A stretch of DNA of 64,000 nt from contig CAZPWM010000002.1 of the NCBI GenBank assembly GCA_964590575.1, positions 1 to 64,000 of the forward strand, read 5' to 3'. Below the pieces are notes generated by a model. It saw only the letters and a program-made list of their open reading frames with translations, was not told the DNA's origin and did no database searches. This DNA comes from an uncultured archaeon. GTDB taxonomy: Archaea > Asgardarchaeota > Thorarchaeia > Thorarchaeales > Thorarchaeaceae. Within the stretch, counting starts at the first letter, position 1. Each line of letters opens with the position of its first letter. Below, one piece after another: positions 40,640 to 50,498 of this stretch. The position numbers and the translations under genes were made by a program.

Positions 40640-41718
40640 CGCCCACCCCTCCTAGAGTCAACCTCTGCAAATATATCGATTAGAGCCTCCCTCCAATCTC
40701 CTGAGAAAGGTGGACCAAGTACAATTTCGGTAGCACCAATTCCAGCTATATCCTCAAATCGATTAACCATATGCTCCTTTGTACCACTTATCGAAAAGAC
40801 ATCCAACAGCTCGTCATCAACGAATTTTCCTCCTTCTTTAGGACTAGACGCCGCAACAGTTTCGCGAATTTTATTCACTTTGTTTCTGTCTACCGTAAGC
40901 ATATCCAGCACTGCATCTGGTGTATCTGCAATCACCAATGCAACAACTCTCCGAGCAACCTTTTCCTGGATGCCCTTGAAGGTCGGAATTGTCGGGACCC
41001 AAACCACTTTCTCAATATCATCCTTATTTCTTCCGGCTTGGTTAGCAGCAGCATCAACCATCTTGATTGCATTTCTTAGATAGTCAAAAGGTCCGGACAA
41101 AATCACTCCATCAGCTATCGTACCTACAAGTTTCAACATCTGAGGCCCTCTGACCCCTAAAAAGACTGGAATATTGACTGGACTTGATTGACCCAAACCA
41201 AAGCCACGCAAAGAGAATAGTTCACTACTGGAATCTACTGTCTCTCCTGCCCATAACCGTCTGAGAATCTTCACTGATTCCCTAAGTTCTGATACAGGTT
41301 TTTTGATGTGGATTCCATGCTTCTCGAGGTCTTGGATGCCTCCAATTCCAAAACCAAATGCGAACCGTCCAGCACCAATCTCATCCAGAGTGACACCTAC
41401 ACGAGCAAGAGTTGAAATATTGTGAACAGTTACAGGTATAATACCAGTTCCAACTCGTGTTTTCTTTGACTGGAGCAGGGTCGCTGCTGTGAGCACAAAG
41501 GTTTCTTGTCCAAGTGCGATATCTTCACCAATCCAGACACTCTTTGCACCAAGCGAGTCTGAGTTCTGTGCAATCCAATCCGTTGCATTTACACCCATGT
41601 GCGTGGTGATACCAATACTGACTTCGTACGAGCCACTCATATCAATCAAATCATTCCATTCAAATATAACCCCTCTCAAATATCCAGCTTTTGTAAGGGG
41701 ATATGTATTTCTGGGCAC
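40636..41718 (-). CDS. Luciferase-like (LLM) / Mer-like oxidoreductase (start probably MSGSYE near 41640)
   Basis: VWIGED, VGTGI, GRFAFGFGIG, GVRGPQML, ADGVIL. Confidence 0.85.
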   Translation of the reverse strand: MPRNTYPLTKAGYLRGVIFEWNDLIDMSGSYEVSIGITTHMGVNATDWIAQNSDSLGAKSVWIGEDIALGQETFVLTAATLLQSKKTRVGTGIIPVTVHNISTLARVGVTLDEIGAGRFAFGFGIGGIQDLEKHGIHIKKPVSELRESVKILRRLWAGETVDSSSELFSLRGFGLGQSSPVNIPVFLGVRGPQMLKLVGTIADGVILSGPFDYLRNAIKMVDAAANQAGRNKDDIEKVVWVPTIPTFKGIQEKVARRVVALVIADTPDAVLDMLTVDRNKVNKIRETVAASSPKEGGKFVDDELLDVFSISGTKEHMVNRFEDIAGIGATEIVLGPPFSGDWREALIDIFAEVDSRRGGR

Positions 41719-41732
41719 GTTCCTAAGTCAAA

Positions 41733-42293
41733 ATGATTACATTGGCACGAATAGTCTGGGGGATCACTGGTTCTGGTGACCTAATACATGAGATACTCAC
41801 AACAATGAAAAAGTTAGAGGATAATACAGACATTCGCCTTACCGTTATCGTTTCCAGAGCAGGTGAGCAGATGCTTAGACTTTACGGTCTTTGGGATGAA
41901 CTGAATGGATCATTCTCAAAGGTCCTGAAAGAAACCAATGCAAATGTTCCGTTCATTGCCGGGCCTCTTCAGATAGGCAAGTATGATGCTTTCGTCGTAG
42001 CTCCCTTGACAGCAAATTCAACCGCTAAAATTGCACATGGTATAGCTGATACATTAATCACAAATGCCATCGCTCAGACTCTGAAGGGAAGTACACCAGT
42101 AATATTGTACCCTGTAGACCAAGTTGATGAAGAAGTACAAACAGTAGGTCCCAAAGGCGAGAAGTTCTCAATCAAACCTCGTGGGATTGATTTAGACAAT
42201 GTGAGGCGACTTCGAGAGATGGAACGAGTCATCGTTGTAGATTCGCCTCTTGTGATTCCTAATCTTATTGCAGACCTCCTCAAGAAAGTGTGA
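41733..42293 (+). CDS. Archaeal flavoprotein (AfpA-like, HFCD family)
   Basis: WGITGSG and APLTANSTAKIAHGIADTLITNA motifs. Confidence 0.85.
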   Translation: MITLARIVWGITGSGDLIHEILTTMKKLEDNTDIRLTVIVSRAGEQMLRLYGLWDELNGSFSKVLKETNANVPFIAGPLQIGKYDAFVVAPLTANSTAKIAHGIADTLITNAIAQTLKGSTPVILYPVDQVDEEVQTVGPKGEKFSIKPRGIDLDNVRRLREMERVIVVDSPLVIPNLIADLLKKV

Positions 42294-42302
42294 GGAATCT
42301 AA

Positions 42303-42962
42303 ATGGGTGGTAATGCTCGTAGAGAAGCTCTTGTAAGAAAGAGAGTGATTAATTGGTATGACAAACATGGTCGTGATTATCCGTGGAGGAACACGACTGA
42401 TCCTTTTCTCATTTTGATTGCAGAGATACTACTACGTCGAACAACAGCTTCTGCAGTATCACGAGTCTTCCCTGACTTCATACAAAGATTTGGCACACCT
42501 ATGTGTATAACACAGGCGCAAGAATCTACTATTACACAAGCTTTGTCTTCTTTGGGTTTACAATTACTCAGAGCAAAGCAACTCAAGGAAACCGCTTCTA
42601 TTATAGTAGAAGAACACGACGGGGAAGTTCCTCGATCTAATGAGAGGCTTCAATCTCTCCCCGGCGTTGGTGTCTATATTGCTTCTGCTGTGAGAAATTT
42701 TGCTTATGGTGAATCTGTTCCACTAATCGATGGGAATGTAGTTCATTTTATCTCACGAGTTTTTGGAATCCAATTTACTGGACCCAGTGATGCAAAAGCA
42801 GAGGAATTCGTAGCCCAGTTTGGAGGCGTACATGAAGCCAAACTGTATTGGGGGATTATTGACCTCGTCGCCACTGTCTGCCTAAGGCGGAATCCAAGGT
42901 GTGGAGTTTGTACTCTATCTAATGTTTGTAATTACAGAAAGGTCAGTCTAGATCTGGGATAG
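42303..42962 (+). CDS. HhH-GPD mismatch DNA glycosylase (Mig/TDG-like or MutY-like)
   Basis: RDYPWRNTTDPFLILIAEILLRRTTA, LPGVGVY, IDGN, Fe-S Cys cluster; LLRRT and HhH Tyr as recalled for Mig.MthI. Confidence 0.8.
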   Translation: MGGNARREALVRKRVINWYDKHGRDYPWRNTTDPFLILIAEILLRRTTASAVSRVFPDFIQRFGTPMCITQAQESTITQALSSLGLQLLRAKQLKETASIIVEEHDGEVPRSNERLQSLPGVGVYIASAVRNFAYGESVPLIDGNVVHFISRVFGIQFTGPSDAKAEEFVAQFGGVHEAKLYWGIIDLVATVCLRRNPRCGVCTLSNVCNYRKVSLDLG

Positions 42963-43314
42963 GTATATCGATTGCTATCTTCTCGCCACATGGACAAGTT
43001 GCATTTATTGGGTATGTACTAGGTGTGTCAATACTGACTGAAGCTCCCTGTACTGCCGCTTTATCTATTAACGCTTGCATATTGTGGACCATATATCTGG
43101 CAAACCCCACTACGAGGTCTGGAATACACATATCATTAATCCAATACACGTAGCGGGAACAACTAGGACAATGACTAACGAGAATGTGTGTCCCATCACC
43201 ACACTTCGTACAAGTGAGGTCAGTATGGTGATATTCAGGGGCATTTGGCATGGGGAGATCTAGTTGATTTTCTTCACCACAGCGGTAGCAAAAATAGCTG
43301 AATTCTTTATTCAT
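42943..43314 (-). CDS. Cys-rich putative Zn-binding protein
   Basis: CYRC, CTKC, CPSC, CPC. Confidence 0.7.
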   Translation of the reverse strand: MNKEFSYFCYRCGEENQLDLPMPNAPEYHHTDLTCTKCGDGTHILVSHCPSCSRYVYWINDMCIPDLVVGFARYMVHNMQALIDKAAVQGASVSIDTPSTYPINATCPCGEKIAIDIPIPDLD

Positions 43315-43439
43315 TGATTGTTAGCCTCTCTTATTGGGTTCCTAGGAGTCTGTTATTGGGAAGAAATAAATCAACGCTATTAGAAAATTGTCCTGTGGTT
43401 CTAATAAGGCATTATTCACACAATACTGAGGAAGTGAAT

Positions 43440-43643
43440 ATGATGTTAATGCAACAACAGAACACGAAATTGATGTCCTTGTTACTCGTGTTCCTCACCG
43501 AGAATTACACAGCTGAACTACGACGCTGTAACGTCTGCGACACAACTACGCCACGATTCGAAAGAAGTTTTCTAATTAGCGGAGAGTGGGTATGTGTTGA
43601 TTGTATTCTCTCACGAATAAATGGCATTCCGCGCCCCTGTTAG
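43440..43643 (+). CDS. Small putative Zn-finger protein
   Basis: CNVC...WVCVDC; ATG 43440 is in frame with track ORF 43314-43643. Confidence 0.5.
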   Translation: MMLMQQQNTKLMSLLLVFLTENYTAELRRCNVCDTTTPRFERSFLISGEWVCVDCILSRINGIPRPC

Positions 43644-43676
43644 CATCTGCTAAACCGAACAGTGTAAAAGTAAGTA

Positions 43677-44474
43677 GTGGACCCTGAATCTAGTCAGGTG
43701 AATCCATTGAAGACACGAATTCAACCTCATCTTAGAGTTGGAGAAGGCGATGTAGAGAAACATGTCATTATTACGGGCAATCCCGATCGTGTACCTGTGA
43801 TTGCCTCCAGGATGAAAGATTCAGAGGAAGTATCACGCTATCGTGGACTTGTCACTTATCGTGCTTATACACCAAAAGGTACGCCAGTAACTATCTCTGG
43901 TACTGGTATGGGTGCTGCATCAACTCATATTTGCATTGAAGAGTTGGCGAAACTTGACTGCGAAGTTATCATTCGTCTTGGTAGCTGTGGTGGCATTGAT
44001 CCCTCTGTTAAGACCGGTGATGTTGTGGTACCTACTGCTGCTGTACGCGATGAGCGTGCAAGCCTCAATTATGCACCAATAGAGTATCCCGCCGTAGCTT
44101 CTCCTGAGTGGTATCTTGCGCTCTATGAGAGCATTTCACAACTGCTACCCCCGGATCGTGTGCATTCAGGTATCAATTGGACCTCTGATATTTATTATGT
44201 GAATCCAGCACTCAATCAACTTGATCTGTGGACCCGAGCTAAAGTGAAGTGCGTCGAGATGGAGGCGTCGCTTCTTTTCACATTTGCCCAGACTCGCGGG
44301 TTGAAAGCAGCTGCAATTCTCTCATGCGATGGCAATCTTCATGGAGCACAGAAAACCGAACAAGCTCATGAAGGAGAGGAAACAGGGGAACAAAACCCAT
44401 TGTTGGTGGAGGCTATAGCAAAGTCACTTGATGCCCTAGTTATGGCAATCGATAAGATGGAAGAATCAAAGTAG
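43677..44474 (+). CDS. Uridine/purine nucleoside phosphorylase (NP-I family)
   Basis: HLRV, GNPDRV, GTGMG, IRLGSCG, VEMEAS. Confidence 0.88.
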   Translation: MDPESSQVNPLKTRIQPHLRVGEGDVEKHVIITGNPDRVPVIASRMKDSEEVSRYRGLVTYRAYTPKGTPVTISGTGMGAASTHICIEELAKLDCEVIIRLGSCGGIDPSVKTGDVVVPTAAVRDERASLNYAPIEYPAVASPEWYLALYESISQLLPPDRVHSGINWTSDIYYVNPALNQLDLWTRAKVKCVEMEASLLFTFAQTRGLKAAAILSCDGNLHGAQKTEQAHEGEETGEQNPLLVEAIAKSLDALVMAIDKMEESK

Positions 44475-44503
44475 TCTCTTCTGAACAACTGGGCAGGTTT
44501 TTA

Positions 44504-45637
44504 GTGGAGTGCTGCACTGGAAGAAGTATCATGCAGGAATCAGGGGTTCGCAGCGGCGTAATCTGTGATTCAGGTCAACAAATCACGTTGCGCTACTTTG
44601 ACAAGGTGAGCAACCCTAAATCGATTCATGGAATCTATCCTTATCGTGGAAAGATGTCAGCATTAGATGCAGCACATGTCATCTCACAATTATCCACATC
44701 TGCCGTTCTCTTAGACCCATTCTGTGGGACAGGTACGATAGTCTATGAAGCACAAGCTCATGGCATGAGATCAATCGGTATCGATAACAATCCACTAGCT
44801 TGTGTAATTGCACGGGGAAAGACTGAACCCGTTGAACCGGAGTCCGTCATCAGAAATCTATCATCTGCGATTTCAGAAGCACAATCTCAAGAAGATGCTC
44901 CAAAAATGCCTGCAACTCCTGCGAAGTATTTTCATCCTGAAACAGCAAATCAAATCATGAGAATCATACAAGTTTCAACTACATTCTCTTCTTATCTTCT
45001 CTCAGCGCTTTATGGGTCGATTTGTGTGGCAGCTCGAGCCTGTAACGGTTGGTTGTGGACATCTACGTCAACAGGCCGTATCAATGACCCGCTGCGTAGG
45101 ATTGACTTCTACTCGACATTTCAGCGAAAAACAAAGAAGCATATAGAATTCGTTGGCAAGGGTCACCCTGCATCGATTCTTACTCATGACACACGTCAGA
45201 TTCATGAGATTATTGACGAAGAATCAGTAGATGTTGTGTACACAAGTCCTCCCTACTTTGACGCATTGGACTACACTAATTATTACTCCAAGATTGTCCT
45301 TGAGATACTTGGTATGGATAGAGCCTCTGTCCGTAAAGGTCTCATTCAGCGATACTCAACCTATAGAGAAGATATGAAAAAAGCATTAGAGGCGATTAGT
45401 AGAGTAGTCCATGATGAATCAATCATAATCTTTGTAGTTGGGGACCGTAAGGTTCGTGGAAAATTGATTCGGGGGTGTGATTTCTTCACTGAAATTGCTC
45501 CTTGGGACCATTCATACATTGTTGAGCGAGAGTATACAAGCACAGCAAGTGGTCTCTGGGATAAAATCAACAGAACTCAGAGAAAAGAGCAGATGATTGT
45601 CTGGGATCTTGGTAATGGAGGTAAGAAGCCAGAATGA
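44504..45637 (+). CDS. Amino (N4C/N6A) DNA methyltransferase, motif I before motif IV
   Basis: YPYRGK, DPFCGTGT then TSPPY. Confidence 0.8.
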   Translation: MECCTGRSIMQESGVRSGVICDSGQQITLRYFDKVSNPKSIHGIYPYRGKMSALDAAHVISQLSTSAVLLDPFCGTGTIVYEAQAHGMRSIGIDNNPLACVIARGKTEPVEPESVIRNLSSAISEAQSQEDAPKMPATPAKYFHPETANQIMRIIQVSTTFSSYLLSALYGSICVAARACNGWLWTSTSTGRINDPLRRIDFYSTFQRKTKKHIEFVGKGHPASILTHDTRQIHEIIDEESVDVVYTSPPYFDALDYTNYYSKIVLEILGMDRASVRKGLIQRYSTYREDMKKALEAISRVVHDESIIIFVVGDRKVRGKLIRGCDFFTEIAPWDHSYIVEREYTSTASGLWDKINRTQRKEQMIVWDLGNGGKKPE

Positions 45638-46464
45638 CTCATCACTTGGTTGTGATTGGTGATAGTACATGCATGGATGAGGTACAGGACGCGTCTGTCC
45701 ACCTTGTCGTCACTTCCCCGCCCTATTGGAACCTGAAGAACTACGGTGAGGATAGAGGGATTGGACAGACTGCCACAACCTATGAGGACTATTTCAAGTC
45801 CATCTGCGATGTCTTTCGCGAGTGCGTTAAGAAGCTTGTTCCAGATGGTAAGCTCATCATCAATATCATGCCCATTCTTCTAACCGGAAAGAACACTAAA
45901 TTTCATCGTAGGGTTACAAAAACAGTCTTGCCAGATCTTGAGGAATATATGACCTCGCTTGGCAATATGTACTTCCAATCATTGTATATCTGGGATAAAC
46001 GAAAGGCAGTCAGATTCAGTTCTTGGGGCTCTTATCCATATCCACCAAATCTTCTCTCAACCTATCCCTATGAATGGATTATCGTCTTCTCAAAGAGTGG
46101 AAGGAGGCCTCCGATTGACAAAGAAATCAAAGAAGCATCGTCTATAACGCACAACGAATTTACAGACTGGGTTCAGAACTCAATTTGGGATTTCCAGACA
46201 GCTTCAGCTAAACAAGAAAATCATCCTGCACCATTTCCTGAGGAACTTCCCCGAAGATGCATACGTTTGTATTCCTTTGTTGGTGACACTGTGCTGGACC
46301 CATTTGCTGGTAGTGGCACAACACTCAAAGTCGCTCGAGAGCTAGGAAGAAATTCTATTGGATATGAAATCAATCCTGATTACGAGATTTTGATTCGTGA
46401 AAAGATTGGGTCTACAGCACAGGATACTGAGGACAGCTTCGAGTTCATATCGAATAAAGGCTAA
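45634..46464 (+). CDS. Beta-class N4C/N6A DNA methyltransferase
   Basis: TSPPY...HPAPFPEEL...DPFAGSGTT; ATGA overlap with the upstream MTase. Confidence 0.88.
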   Translation: MTHHLVVIGDSTCMDEVQDASVHLVVTSPPYWNLKNYGEDRGIGQTATTYEDYFKSICDVFRECVKKLVPDGKLIINIMPILLTGKNTKFHRRVTKTVLPDLEEYMTSLGNMYFQSLYIWDKRKAVRFSSWGSYPYPPNLLSTYPYEWIIVFSKSGRRPPIDKEIKEASSITHNEFTDWVQNSIWDFQTASAKQENHPAPFPEELPRRCIRLYSFVGDTVLDPFAGSGTTLKVARELGRNSIGYEINPDYEILIREKIGSTAQDTEDSFEFISNKG

Positions 46465-46559
46465 ACCTAAATAGTTCACAAGTCAATGGGAGATTATCGA
46501 GCAGAAGAATTGGTATTCTGCATACAAACGCAATTTTCTAAGGGAGGTCCACAGAAGTT

Positions 46560-47780
46560 TTGACATATGATGTCATTGTAGTTGGAGCTGGTCCTGCAGG
46601 TTCAACTGCAGCATATGATTGTGCCAAGCAAGGCCTCAAGACATTGTTACTGGAAAAGTACAAACTTCCACGTGAGAAACCATGTGGTGGAGCAGTAATG
46701 TATCGGGCCCTCCGGATAATTGGCGAAAAAATACCTCGAGAACTGGTTGAGCAACGGATTTACGGTCTCAGATTTCTTCTACCGGATGGCAGAGGAACTG
46801 AATTTATTTCAGACAAGTTGATTGGAATCACCGTTTTTCGAGACCGCTTTGATGAGTTTCTTGCACGGCGTGCAAGTAATGTAGGGGCTGAGCTCATTGA
46901 TGGTGCTCCAGCTGTAGATGCATCTGTATCATCACAAGCAGCTAACGTTCGTCTTGCTGACGGAAGAGAGTTCAGTGCAAAATATCTCATTGGAGCTGAT
47001 GGAGTGAACTCTGTTGTGAGTCGAAAACTTGGACTCCGTCCTAAGAGGAAGGACTTGACTAAGGTAGGTCTCGGAATGGAGGCTGATTTCCACGTTGGTG
47101 AGGCTGGAGTTTTAGAGGCAACTGGTGGAAATCCGTCAATCCTAGAAATGTGCCCAGTTGAGGGTCGAGTTAGTTATGGTTGGGTCTTCCCAAAAAGGGA
47201 ACACCTTGCTATTGGGATTGCAGGAGCCGGTGTTCATATGCGTGCTCTGAGGACTCAATTTGACTCATTTTACAAACATGCGGAGAAACGGTTAGGTATT
47301 AGTCTCAACTTGGAGAAGAGAAGAACATTCTTTCTTGGTGGAGATGGGCTCGGCAGTAAGAACGTAACTCGACGTGCAATCTTAATAGGCGATGCAGCAG
47401 GTTTTGTCGATCCCCTGATGGGCGAAGGGATTGCCTATGCAATGCAATCCGGCGTTTTTGCAGCTTCAGTCATCTGCAATGCGTATGATGAAGACCGCTA
47501 TGATGAAGATACACTCTCTAAATATCAGGATCTCTGCCACGGGGCGTTTTCAGCTAATTTTGGTTTAGCAACTCAAATTGGAATTAGAGGACCTATGTTA
47601 GCAGAGATTATACTCCCTAAAGCGAATGGACACAAGCTAGCTTCGAACGTAATGACAATGGTGGCTCGTGGTGAGATTGGCTATGCCGACATACCCTATG
47701 TTGTACTCAAGAAACTCCCAAGAGAACTACCCGCTATAATCAAACAAGTAGTGCTTTCTCATCTTACCACACTAAACTGA
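46560..47780 (+). CDS. Geranylgeranyl reductase family flavoprotein
   Basis: GAGPAG, REKPCGG, GADG, YGWVFPK, GDAAGFVDPLMGEGI. Confidence 0.9.
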   Translation: MTYDVIVVGAGPAGSTAAYDCAKQGLKTLLLEKYKLPREKPCGGAVMYRALRIIGEKIPRELVEQRIYGLRFLLPDGRGTEFISDKLIGITVFRDRFDEFLARRASNVGAELIDGAPAVDASVSSQAANVRLADGREFSAKYLIGADGVNSVVSRKLGLRPKRKDLTKVGLGMEADFHVGEAGVLEATGGNPSILEMCPVEGRVSYGWVFPKREHLAIGIAGAGVHMRALRTQFDSFYKHAEKRLGISLNLEKRRTFFLGGDGLGSKNVTRRAILIGDAAGFVDPLMGEGIAYAMQSGVFAASVICNAYDEDRYDEDTLSKYQDLCHGAFSANFGLATQIGIRGPMLAEIILPKANGHKLASNVMTMVARGEIGYADIPYVVLKKLPRELPAIIKQVVLSHLTTLN

Positions 47781-47818
47781 AAACCTTCATAGGCACGAAG
47801 TCATCGGTTAATTCACTA

Positions 47819-48808
47819 ATGAAAATCCCGTGGACTGGACTGATTGTAGTCTTGCTTATCACTTTGGCAACAAGTCCAATCAGAATGCAGCAGACATCTC
47901 ATGTTCCTATTTTCAGTGGAGCCAATGCGTATGAGTATCTTGTAGATCAATGTGATTTCGGCCCTCGTCCACCAGGTACCGAGAATCTCAGTCTCTGCAG
48001 AACAATGATTGCGGAAACATTCGAATCTTTCGGATGGAATGTCACATTTCAAAATTTCACCTACAAAGAAGTTGAGTGTGCAAATGTCATAGCTAGTTGT
48101 AACTCGCAGAATAATTCACCAATCATTCTTGGAGCTCACTACGACACGCGCCCACCAGGAACATCCGACCCCGGATCGGGCCTAGGAGCTAATGATGGTG
48201 CAAGTGGAGTTGCAGTTCTGTTGGAACTAGCTAACATCCTTCCGGCGGAAATCCGTTCCAATATAGAAATAGTCCTTTTCGATGCCGAAGACTCAGGGGG
48301 GATCACAGGCTGGGATTGGATTCAAGGATCGACATACTACGTTTCTCATCTCAGTACAGAACGCAGAGATTCAATACACGCTATGATATTACTGGATATG
48401 GTCGGTGATATTAATCTCGAGTTACCTCGCGAACGAAGTTCAACAACCTCACTTCAGAACTCTATCTGGAATATTGCTAAAGATCTAGGTTGCAATGACA
48501 CATTCATTGATTCCTACCGTGGTCCAATTATTGATGATCACAAACCCTTTCTAGACGCTGGTATCCCTGCAGTCGATTTGATTCAAGTGCCGTTTCCATC
48601 ATATTGGCACACGCTGGAGGACACGCCAGACAAGTGCAGTGCTCAAAGTCTTGAGATAGTCGGTAAAGTCATAGAGGTTTTCGTCGTAGAGGAATCTGAT
48701 AGAACCACAAATTTTCCACTTGATTCATCCCCAATCATTTTCATTGTAGCTATTGTGGTTGTGGCTCTTGTAATCCCAGTACTCATTGCCCAACAAAAAA
48801 GAAAGTAG
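47819..48808 (+). CDS. M28 peptidase / glutaminyl cyclase-like membrane-anchored protein
   Basis: GAHYD, GANDGASG, DAED, DMVG, DDH.PF, WHT; signal peptide and C-terminal TM. Confidence 0.85.
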   Translation: MKIPWTGLIVVLLITLATSPIRMQQTSHVPIFSGANAYEYLVDQCDFGPRPPGTENLSLCRTMIAETFESFGWNVTFQNFTYKEVECANVIASCNSQNNSPIILGAHYDTRPPGTSDPGSGLGANDGASGVAVLLELANILPAEIRSNIEIVLFDAEDSGGITGWDWIQGSTYYVSHLSTERRDSIHAMILLDMVGDINLELPRERSSTTSLQNSIWNIAKDLGCNDTFIDSYRGPIIDDHKPFLDAGIPAVDLIQVPFPSYWHTLEDTPDKCSAQSLEIVGKVIEVFVVEESDRTTNFPLDSSPIIFIVAIVVVALVIPVLIAQQKRK

Positions 48809-48875
48809 AATGTTACACACTTTTAAACCGAAATTCCTCGACGATTGATTGGTACTTATCCTGTGGTGAAGCAGT

Positions 48876-49772
48876 TTGGAGAAAATAGACCTGTACAAAC
48901 CAACTGATAGTTTTCCCTCTCCACTGACAAGTATCGCAATTACTCCAAAAGGCCATCTGTTAGCATGTGGGACAATGGATTCCCAGATTCTATTGATTGA
49001 TTCCAAGTCTGGAAAAACAAAACGTGGGATTCTGGGTCATAATGGTGCAGTGTCCGATGTGTCCTTCGTTGGAACTGCGAACTCAATCCTCTCATGTAGT
49101 TGGGATAAGACAACCCGATTATGGAATCGGAAGAACATTGACGAGTCACTTGTTCTCGAAGCCCCTTCAGAGGTGAAGGCTCTTACCATCTCACTAATGC
49201 ATGGAAAGGGTGCTTCTGGTTCCCGCGATGGTATGGTGAAGATATTCTCATTGCGCCATCTCAAAACAATACGAAACCTTCAAGCTCATCGTTCAGATAT
49301 CTCAGGTATTGCATTTATTGATGAAGAAAAAAAGATTGTAACTGCATCATATGATGGAACTTGCAGACTGTGGGATCTCTCGTCGTATGATGCGGAAAAG
49401 ACCTTGGTCAAGCAGAAACAACGTATCCGGTCAATGGTTACATCACCAGATGGATTAATGGTTTTCTTAGGTTCTCAGAACGGCACAATATCTCAAGTTA
49501 GTATCGATGATACCAAGAAGAAATCAGAAATTACAGGACACACCGACCTTGTTAGTGCATTATCTATGGATCCCACAGGACAATACCTTGCATCTGCGAG
49601 TTGGGACCGTACAATTAGAATCTGGTCCTTAAAGGACAGAATACAAGTGGCCAAGGGCCAACTTATGTCAGGAATATCATCGACTACCTGGTCCCCAGAC
49701 GGGACTATTGTTTATACTGCTGATCTCTCGGGATCAATAGTGTCATGGATGCCTTCACTGCGAACTAGTTGA
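48876..49772 (+). CDS. WD40-repeat beta-propeller protein
   Basis: About seven GH...SxDxT.RxW repeats. Confidence 0.9.
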   Translation: MEKIDLYKPTDSFPSPLTSIAITPKGHLLACGTMDSQILLIDSKSGKTKRGILGHNGAVSDVSFVGTANSILSCSWDKTTRLWNRKNIDESLVLEAPSEVKALTISLMHGKGASGSRDGMVKIFSLRHLKTIRNLQAHRSDISGIAFIDEEKKIVTASYDGTCRLWDLSSYDAEKTLVKQKQRIRSMVTSPDGLMVFLGSQNGTISQVSIDDTKKKSEITGHTDLVSALSMDPTGQYLASASWDRTIRIWSLKDRIQVAKGQLMSGISSTTWSPDGTIVYTADLSGSIVSWMPSLRTS

Positions 49773-50343
49773 GCATTGACTCTTGTTTTAAGGCTCGAAT
49801 GTCAATATCTGCAAACCCCTCTTTGTTCCAAGTTATTCTGATACGACCATATTTCTTGTTGATTTCTCCTTCTTTTGAACCTCTAAGAATCTCTACTAAT
49901 TTTTCGGAAAGTCGATTTCTGCTACGTTTGTCAAATGGAATTGGAAGCAAGCTATTATCAGCGAGAGTGAGTGTGACCGTTTTTTCATCCAGCCTTGCAA
50001 TGGGTTGTGAAAGAATGAGTCGACCCGGTTTGAAAAATGGCGTCTTATCCCTCATACTCCGAATGGTTTCTGCTAACTGACGGTGTTTGGTAATCTCTAC
50101 ACTCGCAGTCTTCACCACATCTTCTAGATATTTACGTCTCTTGTCATACTTGGCCACAAAGTCTTCTTGAAGAACCTCCATTGTTTTTGTTCGGGATGAG
50201 AGACGTTGTTTGAGTATCTGTTTTATTGTCCAATTGGTTGCTGCTCCATATCTCTGAAGCTCTTCTTCAAGAATATCCTGCTTCTCTCTCGTCAGAGTGA
50301 CGCTTAGTAATTTCAATATTTCAATATCCTTCATGGACAACAC
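49765..50343 (-). CDS. Hypothetical protein resembling the N-terminal (WED/REC) half of TnpB, without RuvC
   Basis: Helical start, KTPFFK, LLPIPF and GRIRITW strands; ends before any IDLG motif. Confidence 0.45.
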   Translation of the reverse strand: MLSMKDIEILKLLSVTLTREKQDILEEELQRYGAATNWTIKQILKQRLSSRTKTMEVLQEDFVAKYDKRRKYLEDVVKTASVEITKHRQLAETIRSMRDKTPFFKPGRLILSQPIARLDEKTVTLTLADNSLLPIPFDKRSRNRLSEKLVEILRGSKEGEINKKYGRIRITWNKEGFADIDIRALKQESMLN

Positions 50344-50498
50344 AGTCTTTGGAAAACCTAAACAGGTCTAATCAATTTTATCTCTTGACGCGATTCGCTT
50401 CTCCCGTTCCTCTGGCAAGAAAAAGATGGCACAGATAGTTTTCTTGCTGTTACTATTCGCGCTCAGATTAAGTAGCAACAGGTTGCAATCATTTGAGT

